64,000 nt of DNA from Macrostomum hystrix. Its lineage: Eukaryota > Animalia > Platyhelminthes. The stretch is taken from the NCBI GenBank assembly GCA_950097015.1, contig CATNEN010000038.1:27528001-27592000 (forward strand). Direction: 5' to 3'. The notes under the pieces were generated by a model, which saw only the letters and a program-made list of their open reading frames with translations, made no database searches and was not told where the DNA came from. Both the position numbers and the translations under genes were made by a program. Below are positions 39,001-49,604 of the stretch, piece after piece. Position 1 is the stretch's first letter. Every line of letters begins with the position of its first letter.

Positions 39001-41102
39001 CGGACTATTGTAGAAGCATCGGAGCTGAACTGCGCAAACTTGGCGTTGAACAGGTGATTAAATTCTTCCCCATTTGAAGTTCAGATTTAACACAACAAGT
39101 GTTTCATTATTAGTGTGTCAAAAATTTCACGACTGGCTGCATTGGTGAAGCTGAACCATGTCCAATATATGAATTTTGTAAATGACAGGTTTCAGTTATG
39201 GCAATAGATTGCTTCAGCCTAACAGGAATGCAGTTTGCAATGGTCGCTGTGCAGTTCTGCTTATAATTGATGCTTGGTGAGTGTGCAGCATTACCCAGTA
39301 AACTGACAGTTTCATGTCGAATAGTCAAACACCTTAGTTGTGATGACGGAACGCAGGCTCCCTCTTCTAACATTTGAGTATCTGTGTAAAGCCTGATTTT
39401 TCAATTTGGCTGGTTTGGTGAAGCTGAGCAGTATCTTAATCAGAAGTGGCCTGTTCAGTTACAGCAATCCGTTTGCACCAGCCTAATATTGCTATCTGAT
39501 CAGTTTGAAATGGTCGCTGTGCAAATCGAATCTCTCTGTGACTGTGCGGCATTACCCAACAAACTAACAAATTTCCCAAATTCATAGAATTTTGATCCTC
39601 ATTGGCTGTGATGACAAGACACGGGCTCCCTCTTCTGACAGAAAGGTGTTTCTGCATGAAGACCTGTCCCGTGCTGCCTTCCTTCTGAGCCTATGTTTAT
39701 GAGGATTTAGAAAATCCCAGAATGCTAGCAACGTTGGTTGGTGACTGATTGGTTGACAGACTATGCGAGAGTGTTGTGTGGTTAAGCAGAGCCTTGTATT
39801 TGTTTTAGGCTTGATCAGTGAAATTGGGGAATTTCGCGTCTGGGTTTCTATTGTGACCTAGTTCCACCTGTTGTAGCCATTGTACCTCCAGCAGTCTGTC
39901 TGGATAAAGATAGGTGACAACCGAAGACGGAAATGATGCAGGCACATTCGGTAGACAGGCTGATAATTTTTGAAGGCCTTGAAGGCCGCACTGAGGCGCA
40001 CTGCTAATTTGTGTATAAAGTACACTAGCTGTAATGGAAAAATCTAACATTCGACCAGGACTATTGAATATCTCGACGATTTAAAAAGCTCGCGACTTGA
40101 TTATTGTTTAAGAAGATGCGCAACAAAAAGTTGGCTTGTATTGGAAATCCCCCTTGGTAGTTTTACTCTTATCCGCAAAATCTGGATTCCCAACCTAAAG
40201 CCTGTTATGGCCGAGTAGTTATAGCTTTGAATTTAACTGTATTAAATTGTGGTAGAAATTTAGATTTATTTGGAGCTAATAATAATAATAATTGCAGGAG
40301 GGCTGCAGGCAGTGGCACATCATTTAGTGACACCAGACCCGCAGCCAGTGAGGAGGCAATTCTGCCCATTTCGCTGACTCCTGAGCACACACGCACACAG
40401 ATACTGTACGCTGGCATACGCTCACACAGGTGTGTACATCTGCCCTGACTTTTTCATCGTCAGGCAGGGTGCACTTTCACTGTGCCTTGGAGGTTGGCCC
40501 TCAAGGGCGTAAATTGCACGACAAGCCCCCAAGCCTTCTCTCCGCGGCTGCGCCCCAAATAAATGTGGCCTCGCCGTGGAATCGAACTTAGGGACCGTGG
40601 TGCGAGAGGCAAACGCATTAACCGCTCTGCCCCCGACCCCCCATATGGAGCTAGGCTAGGCCAGATTTATATAGAGCACACTTTCAATTCCTGCCAGGTC
40701 GAAATTCGCGTCTGCTCGGCTCACAAAGCCACCAGATTCGCTCTGGAAGTCGGCGCCCTAGCCTCTGACCCGGCTCGCGGCCCGACTGTTGTCATCGCTG
40801 TAGCAGGCCGGTCCAACGGCCTCGGCCCGGTTCTCAGCGGCAACCTGTGCGCTCCTGTGATTAACGCTCCCCCGGTTACCGCTGATTGGGCTAACTGGGA
40901 TCTTGGCTCTTCGCTGCGTTTGCCATCCGGCCTGGGCTGCGTCACGGTGCTGGGCGCAGCTGCTGCCGCTCTGGCCGCCGCACAGTCGCTTGCCACGGGC
41001 GCTTCCGAGCACTCCATCTGGGCTAGGCTGAGAGCTAGTCAGCTAACTGGCTGGGTTAGGGTTCTGCGCGACGATGAACTGCTGCAGAGCAAGACCCATT
41101 GA
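36007..41102 (+). CDS. PAICS: bifunctional SAICAR synthetase / AIR carboxylase; exons 36007-36215, 36293-36644, 38745-39053, 40698-41102; 424 aa
   Basis: [99 protein letters not shown]; phases consistent. Confidence 0.96.
36724..36899 (+). ncRNA. putative H/ACA snoRNA, copy H1
   Basis: Hairpin-H box (ACAGTA)-hairpin-ACA+3 nt; stems GGCTG/CAGCC, GCTGAACC/GGTTCAGT, CAGTTTGC/GTAAACTG, GCTGTGCA/TGTGCAGC; four intronic sense-strand copies. Confidence 0.65.
36925..37012 (+). ncRNA. C/D box snoRNA, dual 18S guide (SNORD100-like + snR52/SNORD83-like), copy CD1
   Basis: Terminal stem GGCT/AGCC, C box GTGATGA, guide GGCTCCCTCT + D' CTGA, C' GTGAAGA, guide TGCTGCCTTCCTT + D CTGA; guides complementary to conserved 18S AGAGGGAGCC and AAGGAAGGCAGCA. 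Confidence 0.88.
37311..37486 (+). ncRNA. putative H/ACA snoRNA, copy H2
   Basis: Near-identical to H1; H box ACAGGA; 3' basal stem partly disrupted (CGATTTGC). Confidence 0.58.
37565..37870 (+). mobile_element. SINE family A, full length
   Basis: Nearly identical to the copy at 62345-62630. Confidence 0.9.
38017..38110 (+). ncRNA. C/D box snoRNA copy CD2
   Basis: C box variant ATGACGA, D' CCGA, both guides intact, D CTGA at 38102-38105. Confidence 0.78.
38240..38540 (+). mobile_element. SINE family B, 5'-truncated
   Basis: Similarity to the copy at 10329-10699; lies between snoRNA copies CD2 and CD3. Confidence 0.85.
38547..38640 (+). ncRNA. C/D box snoRNA copy CD3
   Basis: Canonical C box ATGATGA at 38553-38559, both guides intact, D CTGA at 38632-38635. 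Confidence 0.87.
39134..39311 (+). ncRNA. putative H/ACA snoRNA, copy H3
   Basis: Near-identical to H1; H box ACAGGA; ACA at 39306-39308. Confidence 0.65.
39336..39398 (+). ncRNA. shortened C/D snoRNA variant CD4 (first guide only; possible pseudogene)
   Basis: GTGATGA, GGCTCCCTCTT + degenerate D' CTAA, CTGA at 39393-39396; second guide missing. Confidence 0.5.
39407..39572 (+). ncRNA. divergent H/ACA-like paralog H4
   Basis: Keeps TTGGTGAAGCTGA, GTTCAGTTA, AATGGTCGCTGTGCA, ATTACCCA and terminal ACA; loops replaced; H box not evident. Confidence 0.5.
39604..39691 (+). ncRNA. C/D box snoRNA copy CD5
   Basis: GGCT/AGCC stem, GTGATGA, both guides, D' CTGA, C' ATGAAGA, D CTGA at 39685-39688. 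Confidence 0.87.
40278..40640 (-). mobile_element. SINE family B, full length
   Basis: Reverse complement of the SINE B consensus, including the tail. Confidence 0.9.
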
Positions 41103-41713
41103 GGAATGAGTCATTCTGTGAACTGAATCTATAATATTTACGTTTATAACAATTTATAATTCGTAAACAATAATGCATCGCGATCTAAATCTTTAATCCA
41201 GTGATTTGAAGTTTTTTTTCATATCACCCCATTAGTTTAACGTGTCTCTTTACAACTAAAAAACATCTCTTTGTTCTTTGGTAATGTTAAACAAATAGTT
41301 GTCAGCTTTTATTTAACCATATATAATTAGGCTACTAAAAATTTCGAATCTCATTATAATTCCAACTCGGTGAATTTTTTCTGATTGCTTATTGAAACAA
41401 TTAAAGTCTTATATCTCTTTTTGATAATAATTTTCGACTACACTGCAATTTTTCAAATTCAATAGCAGCCCAAATACATAGTCATTTCTACCCGCTAGTT
41501 GTTGACTTAGGAATTTGAAAGTTTGGATTTAATTTTGCTTTTTTTTAGCTGTATTATTTAGCTATTTCCCCCTTGGGCAAGGACACGTGAGGTATTTCTT
41601 ATACACCCGTGGTTTTTCTACTGCTCATTGTAAATTTTATTGTTGATATTATTAACTAAAATTGTTAATTGGCCCTATAAAATCTTTCAGCTATAAGGTA
41701 CAACAAGCTTCTG

Positions 41714-44700
41714 ATGCCAACTGCTGATTCATCTAAGGAAGCGTCTTCCAACGCTACTAATAGTAGTAACTTATTAGACAGCAGTAATATAGTTGCCAAG
41801 GCTACTAAATGTGATTTCTGCTCACAATCTGGCGCCTCTGCGGATGCCGAAGCTCAGGCCTGCATCTTGCATTGGCTAGCACTGCTAATGCGCTCCTCCG
41901 ATGTCAACTGGACAACTAGCTCTGAATTGAAAGATAAATCTTTATCATTAAACGAATTAGCCGACGGAGTTGTGCTGTTAAATCTGGTTGGCCGAATTGA
42001 TCCTGACTGGCGTCCCAGCGACAATTACGAGCCGTTGGACTCGCCATTGCCTCGGTTCGCATTTTTAGAAGAATACTTAGACTCAGCATTCGGCGTTGCC
42101 AGATACGCTTTAGTTCGTGTCCTAGATTGGGATCGAATTGTTCTACCCGAAGCTGCTGTTGGTCAACGCGACTGGGAACTGCTGAAAGTGTGCGTCCTAC
42201 TGCTGGCTGCTTGGCTGCGACAGGCGCGCACCTTGGAGTTGGCGGCCGCCGCTGCTGACGCCCTCCCGGCTCATCTGCAGCCGCGCGCCGTAGCGTCTCT
42301 CCGGCCGCTGCTCAGCCTGCCAGAGGGTGCCAGTCTGAGCTGCGACCTGTTCCACTGCCTTTTGTCAACCGATTCTAATAGTGTCCAACTCAAAACTGAT
42401 GTCAATCAATCCATAGCCAAGGTAATTGTAACTCTCAAGGTGGCTTGCGGTTACTAATTAGCTAGAATGGGGAAGCTCGTAGCTCAGTTGTTAAAGCTTT
42501 GAACTTATGACCGGGAAGTTGAGAGTTCGAATCTCAGCTGGAAGGGAGAAAATTAATGTGTTTGAACACTACTCCCTTATGCCTCAGTTCACCCAGCTAT
42601 AGTTACAATTGGTACCAGCAAGAACTGGGATGAAACTGGCGATCTTTAAAGTCCACAGACTGAACAGTTGTACACAGATTTTTCAAATATTTAGAAGTGC
42701 CACTGGCTTTGCATGAGGTGTTCATAAGCCGCGGTAAGTGTACTTTTTTAAACAGGAATATAAGAAATATGAAAATAATTAATCTAGGAATTAAGCAAGG
42801 ACCACTAGGTATAGAAGAATGGAAAACTTCGTTTCGAAGAAAGTGTTTAATTGACAGGTTGATTTATGCCGAAAATGATTGATATATTTTCACTTGTTTA
42901 ACATTTAAAAGTGTTCGTTTTAATTGGGTCCAGATTCAAAGCTCTTCTTTTAGCTTATTTTACCAGTTTCAAAGACATAACTTGCCTAACACGTTGCTCT
43001 AACAACTTTTACAAAGCTATTTCAATAAAAAAAAGAAATCATTTTGTTTTTAATTTTCAAAATCCAGTCAAGTACAGTCGAAGCCGCCACTGCCGAACAT
43101 CTGGAGTCTCTGGAAACAGCAGCTAAAGCGGACAGCGGTCGCGACGCTGAGACAGCCGCCTACTGGCTGAATGTTCGCCTGCGCACTAGCGAAATGGCCC
43201 GCTTTCGTTTAGAGGCTCGCGTTGCAGATCTCGAATGCCAGGCTGCTCGTTACACAGATTCCACCGACGAACTGCGCGCCGCGCTGGAGGACGCCCAGGC
43301 AGACGCCAGACGATCGAAGCGTCGCGCCGTTGAGGCGGCTCGCGCTGCTGAAACTGCCACTGCAGAGATTCGTCGACGCAGCGAAGCCGAATTAGAGGCC
43401 TGCCGCGGTCGCCTGGCTGAGGCTGCTCATACAGCTGCGCATGCTGCGGCTAAGGCAGATAAACTGCAGGTCAGTGGGCCACGTCCGCAGGAGGGCTGCG
43501 AGCACTTGCACATTATTTCGAGACACTAGACCAGCAGCTAGCGAGGAAGAAATTCTGCCCGTTTCGCTGAATCCTGAGCACACACGCTCACACGGATACC
43601 ATACACATGGACTCTTCACAGTATCTTGGAAAGTTGACCCTCAAGGACCTTAACTGCACAGGCCCCCCTAAGCATTCACCCCTGAGTCTGCGCCTTAAGT
43701 TAATGTGGCCTCGCCGCGCAATCGAGTACAGGGAGGGACCTTAGCGCGAAAAGCAAATGCGTTTGACCGCTCAGCTACTCACCCCCTCCCAACTACAGAC
43801 CTTCAGATTTATTCTGATTTATCTTCTGCAGTTTAAAATGCAAAATAGGTTTTCTCCACAATTTCCTTTTTGAAATTCGAATTCCCAACGAAGTTAAATA
43901 AGAAGTGGACCTCGTTTTAAACTTCTTTTAGGCACCTACTGCACAATCTATTCTCAGTTTATGTAATTCTCTGTCCAGCTGTTTAATATGTTTCGCAAGC
44001 TTAAGTTTTTCGGGTCTGAAAGATAATATTGTACGCCTCAACTCTGGTCGCAGAATTGTAGTACATTATTTTTCGGCTAAATAGTATTTCTTTTTTTAAT
44101 TTTTAGGGTGAAGTCGACTCCCTTACAGTTCGTTATGAAGAGGCTATTCGGCTATTAAATCTAGCAAAGCAACGAGAAGCAGTCAATACAGAACAAATAA
44201 CCGAACTGCGTGAAGAATTATGCCATTGTCGATGCGGATCTAGAGCTCCCAATCGCTTAAACATCGGCGTGGAAGCTAACCTAGGCCCGCAATTGATTCA
44301 CCGCTCCGTTGAAGCTTGCTGCATTGAACTACCTAGGCCTCCTTGCCAGAATAAAAAAGTTCAGGTGCGTTCTTCTTGTGTCGACAAACAGTTCGGCGTT
44401 TGTCTTGATCCTCCTAAACCCGTCTGTGTCAGCAAAGAGGTTGAGGCCTGCCTTGAACCACCGAAGCCCGTCTGTGTCAACAAGCAGGTCGAAGTCTGCA
44501 TTGAACCACCAAAACCTGTCTGTTTCAACAAGCAGGTCGAAGTCTGCATTGAACCACCGAAACCTGTCTGTTTCAACAAGCAGGTCGAAGTCTGCATTGA
44601 ACCACCGAAACCTGTCTGTTTCAACAAGCAGGTCGAAGTCTGCATTGAACCACCAAAACCCGTTTGTTTAAACAAGCAGGTCGAAGTCTGCATTGAACCA

Positions 44701-46080
44701 CCAAAACCCGTTTGTTTAAACAAGCAGGTCGAAGTCTGCATTGAACCACCAAAACCCGTTTGTTTCAACAAGCAGGTCGAAGCCTGCATTGAACCACCAA
44801 AACCCGTTTGTTTCAACAAGCAGGTCGAAGCCTGCCTTGAACCACCAAAACCTGTCTGTGTCAACAAGGAGGTCGAAGCTTGCCTTGAACCGCCAAAACC
44901 CGTCTGTGTCCACAAGGAGGTCGAAGCTTGCCTTGAACCACCAAAACCCGTCTGTGTCAGCAAAAAATTTGGGGTGTGTGAAAAGCCATCAATAATGAAA
45001 ATACGCAGCAGTGAAGCTAGTGCTCAGACAAGCCTCGACTACTCCCTTAAGAGGGTTAGTTCTGGCGCTGTAGAGAGGGATGTTAAAGACGCTAGTGCTC
45101 AAGAAGGGCTCCTCACTTTCTCAGTAAACTCTCAATCGCAAGCACTACTAGAGATTGGTAAACAAGTTGAAGCGCGACTCGATCAAACTTTTAACCAACT
45201 CAGCGCTAGTGTTGCTAACAATGCTGAAAATGATGAGAAATTTTATGAAAACGACGGAACAGACGAAGATAATGATGAAGAGCTGCTATCCGAGCTCAAT
45301 CTTCGCCAACCTGAGTCGCTGTTAGCCGGCAGCAGAAGGCCTAGCGTCAACAACTTTGATCACGATTGTTCCTTTCGTGTGGGTGGAGCCCGCCGATTGT
45401 CAGCAGCCCCCACCGCTAGTGTGCCAGCGGAAATCGTGGACGACGACGAAGAACTGCAGCTGCCTATAACAACTTCGTCTCTGCTAGATGCTTTAACTCT
45501 TGAACGTTGCCAGCGTGAGCTAGACTTGGCAAAAGCGACTAATTCAGCTCTGGTAGCTCGCATCGATGATCTTTCCAATCAGCTAAGTTGCTCCCGTCTG
45601 CAGTATCAGCAGCTGGCCGCTGCAGCAGCTAATCGCCGCTGGTCGCCGGTGTTTCCTCGCCAACAACAGCAGCTTCATCAGCGTCGGCGATCCCATACTC
45701 GCACTAGTAATCAAAGCCGTCAGGACGAATTCGAAGATAGCAGCTTCCTTGACGACCAGCTGCCCATCATTGGCGGTGTGCCGACTCTGGCTGAAGAGGA
45801 GGCCGCCGCCTGGCGTGCTGCGGAACGACGACAGCGACTGGCGAAACGGCGTCGTGCCAGCCTGCACAACCTGGCTGCCTGGATGCATCCGCCGCAGCCC
45901 TCATCACCGGCTATACCGCCGCCTCCACCTCCACAGCCACTGCCTCCTACATCCGAGCATGAACAGTTGTCAGCCAATCGAATCGCGAGCTGGTTGGCCA
46001 CGCCTGGTCGTCGATTAAAGCGCATCGGAGCCGCTGGACGTCGCTTTCGGGCCTCGGTTGGCACATGGGATGTTTCTTAA
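41714..46080 (+). CDS. NuMA/Hook-like protein (N-terminal CH-like domain, coiled coil, Cys/Pro repeat); exons 41714-42421, 43068-43469, 44107-46080
   Basis: LNELADGVVLLNLVGRIDP and ELLKVCVLLL resemble the Hook/NuMA CH domain; Ala/Glu/Arg-rich coiled coil; phase-0 GT-AG joins; the family call is tentative. Confidence 0.72.
42468..42680 (+). mobile_element. diverged SINE related to family A
   Basis: GTAGCTCAGTTG, GAGTTCGAATCT, CAGTTCACCCAGCT, GACTGAACAGTTGTAC. Confidence 0.65.
43485..43790 (-). mobile_element. diverged SINE family B copy
   Basis: Reverse-complement similarity along the whole length. Confidence 0.8.
44401..44976 (+). repeat. coding 48-bp tandem repeat, 12 x C(I/L)EPPKPVC(F/V/L)NK(Q/E)VE(V/A)
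   Basis: In frame within the 44107-46080 exon; variation is largely synonymous or conservative. Confidence 0.93.
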
Positions 46081-47797
46081 ACAGATTACTACGAGTATTA
46101 TTATGCTGTGGAGCATTCTCTAAGGGTTTCTGACTCGGACATTCAGAAAGTATTATACATAATTTTAAATCTAAGTATAACTTACTTGTAGATCTTGCAT
46201 TTTAGCCCTTGATTTTATTAAATGGTCCATTGATCGTATTCGCGTGTGAACATATTTTTCTAATTTTTATTGTAAATCAATTTTCTGTATGCCACAGCAT
46301 ACTGCTCAATAGTTGCTAGGCTTTCACAATTGCATTTTGGTTTCTAAGCACGTAATTGGTTTTTTAACTCCCCTTTTGTACATGTGCATGTACATCCCCT
46401 GATTACTAATTAGTTTTCTATCGCCCACAGAAGCAGCTATATTACGTGGCTTCGTGTCTTTTTCAAATCACTATTTTACTGTAGGTCGCTTATTTTACAT
46501 TCTAACGATTGCAGTTAATTATACATTATATTATAACAAAAAACGTGTTTATTTTATGTTCGAAATTATTCATGTAAAAAATTATAACTAATTACAGGTT
46601 CGTATTTATTCTTTATTCTTCTTAAGAGCATGGAAACTTACACATATATATTTTATAATTAACAACTACTGCAACTGCACCGTATTGACAGCATCAATTT
46701 AAGGCATTCGAAGTTGTCAAGACACAAACGTTTGTTTCGGCCACGGTGCTTGGACCATAGACATGGACTGAAAAGCGGACTTAAAATAAAATACTTAGTA
46801 GCTGATGCATAGAATCAAAGAGTACTGAGGTCGCCTTAGTCCTCGCTGCGTCCGTCATGGAGGCTCCCTGCCGCTAAGTCAAGTAAGTCAAGAGGTCGCC
46901 TAATATACGAATAATAATAGGCTGCAGAGGGCTGAAACGAGGTAAAACGCCTAGGCGCTACGCAGCCTATCCATATTCGTGTTGTAGTTAGCGGCCGTGA
47001 AACGCGTTTCACGGCCCGCTGAGACTTTCTTCAGCAGAGTTTTCAGCCCCTGTCGGAATTAATCGCAAGCTGTTAAAAGCTAAATTGTCGGTTTCTCATT
47101 GCGGTTTCGCCTATTTTGCTTGATCATCGTTTGTCTCTAACTTCGAACAGGTACGCAAGACACCAGGACGTGAAACTGAAAAGTTGAAGTCTCGTCAGAA
47201 GCATGGTTCTTTAATCATTCCTTATCCTTAGTAAGCGGTTTAGCTTGATCGGAATAAGTTTTAAGATATACTTTTGCAAACCGTCAAGGCATCAAAAACT
47301 GTTCCAGCCCTGACAGAACATATGGATTAGGGAAATGGCGAGGTTTTGCAAGCAGTTTCTTAAGTAATAAATTTCTGTAAAATACAAAAAATAATTTCCT
47401 TTTAAGCTAAAAAATAGCTCCGTTTCCCCTTCAATATAACGGATAAAAGGCCCGCCGCCTATCTTCCGACATCCAAGCTGAGCGGCATTCGTTTGATGGG
47501 CGGTTCTTTAGATGTTCCTTGAGTGAGCTAATTCACTCTACAGCAATAGACAATGGCTGATATTATGAATTCTCAGCAGCATCCTATCTATTTATGCTCT
47601 TCCGAATGCGTCCCACTGAGGATTGCCTTTTCAAACATGCCGCTCTGCAGTGCCTGAGCTACGTAAGGCAAACTGTCTAACTCGGCCGTTTCTATAAATT
47701 CTCGGTATTTTCGCGTCGGTAATAGCAATCCTGTCGCTCTAGGAAGAACTTAGGAGGTTCTTGGCCTCAGACAACTATATTCACATTCGCATCTTTT

Positions 47798-48544
47798 ATG
47801 ATTTGGCTGTTCCTAAGCTTTTTGCAGGCTGTTGTCTGCGCTCAGACGCTGACTGTGCAGGCTGGTCTCAGCTGCCCGTCTCCTTTCAAGAAAGAAGCCA
47901 ACAGGTGCGTGTTTGTGAACTCTTCGCAGACTTTCAACTGGTGCTCGGCCAATCGGCAGTGCGCATCGATCGGAGGCGAACTCATCAACTCGTACAACTC
48001 GCTGCAGCTGCTGGACGGCATGCCTAGCCTGAACTGCACCTGCAAGCTTTGGCTCGGACTGACGGACTTGCCAGATGAAAGAGAAAGAAGTAAGTCCGGC
48101 TGGCAAATGATACTTGATCACGGAGCTCTACCATTGAACAACAGCATGTGGTATAATGGCATGCCATCCAGCTTAGGTAATCAGGATTGCCTATCTCAGT
48201 CGTCAGCTAATGATGGCCGCTTCATTGATCTACAGTGTTTTTCATTGCGCGGCTTCGCCTGTGAACTGGCTCAGCCCGCTCCAAGGCACTCCCCATATCT
48301 GACTTGGTCTAAGACAACATTCAAGCGTACGAGCTTCAAACAGAAGAATGCGTATTGCCACACTGACCTGCCCGGCATGGATTCGCTGATGCACTGCGTT
48401 GCTGCTGCTGCCAACTTTGAAAATTGTCGACGCATTCTATACAACAGCAATTCGAAACTGTGCCGCCTGCTTGAGTTCACGGATTCACAGGTGGAAGAGA
48501 TTATTGAGACTAGCCCCGACTGGAGCAAGTACATTTTGGAGTGA
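47798..48544 (+). CDS. secreted C-type lectin domain + PAN/apple-like domain protein, intronless, 248 aa
   Basis: Signal peptide; CPSPF..C, WCSANRQC..GGEL, LWLGLTD, QDC, C..LRGFACE; C-terminal C...SLMHC...C..ILYNSNSKLCRL. Confidence 0.85.
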   Translation: MIWLFLSFLQAVVCAQTLTVQAGLSCPSPFKKEANRCVFVNSSQTFNWCSANRQCASIGGELINSYNSLQLLDGMPSLNCTCKLWLGLTDLPDERERSKSGWQMILDHGALPLNNSMWYNGMPSSLGNQDCLSQSSANDGRFIDLQCFSLRGFACELAQPAPRHSPYLTWSKTTFKRTSFKQKNAYCHTDLPGMDSLMHCVAAAANFENCRRILYNSNSKLCRLLEFTDSQVEEIIETSPDWSKYILE

Positions 48545-49604
48545 GACTGCCTTGCCACTTACGAGCTATATTGCCAAGACGTCGAAAAATTCGGAATTTC
48601 CGTCACATTGTGACTTTTACTTGGCTCTAAAAAACTAAAAAACTGCATTGACATGGCCCGCCTTTCATTTATTACTTTCAATGCATGATGTGGACCTTGA
48701 AAAAGTTTCATCAGTGACACTGAACCATCCATTTGCATGCACTTTTTTAGGACTTAAAAATTCAGTTTTTTAACGCTTAAACAAAACAACAATCGCATCG
48801 GCAATATCGTGTCTTTATCCGAAGGAAATCCCTCATGTCGATTTCGTCATAGTTACTAGCATGGAATTTGACGGTCTGGACATAGTATGGGTTATGTATG
48901 CCGACTGGAGAAGCTATGCATGAATTTCCTAAACAAGCCCACATGATGTGACAAGGTCAAGCGTTGTTGCTGGCACAACGGAGATTCCAATTTGTTAGAA
49001 TAAAAATAAGACTCCGATAGGAAGTATATTCGGCGGCAGATGGATTTGCAGTGTATTTTGTAGTCTTTACGAGTGATTAAGTGACATAAGAATTAAGAAA
49101 GTATTTTACGAGTCGCGACACAGCAGCGCGGTTTAACTATTTAACTAACGAGTATACGCAAAAGGCATCGAGAAAGAACTTTCTACGAGCTAGAAGCTTA
49201 CTAGAATAGAAAGCAAAAACATTTAGGAATAGGTGAAATGTACTTGAACGCATTTTAACAAAGATAAAAGTTTCTAGAAATTTTCCGGAATGGCTGTGAT
49301 GATATTTTTTTTTAATAAAAAGATTAAAACATTTCATGTGTACGGGATCGTAGGACAGCGAAGCGATCATGAATTGCAATGTTTTCCTGTTTTACATTAG
49401 TAGAGATATTAAATAAAACATTAGATTTTACTATGTATTGCTTTAATTCTAAATTGTTGTTGCCATTCACAGCTAGGTAAAGTATCAATGAAGTTAACTA
49501 CCGATTTTTATTCAAAATCTAAGTATAAAGATATAGTATTTTGTTGCTCCTGTAGTTTAAAAAAAATAAGTATTGCTGTATCAGATGCCAGCAGTTTTGA
49601 ATTA

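Noticed and set aside
44361-44963. Antisense ORF with QTGFGGS repeats (FG-nucleoporin-like)
   Set aside because: It is the reverse complement of the 48-bp coding repeat and has no independent gene structure
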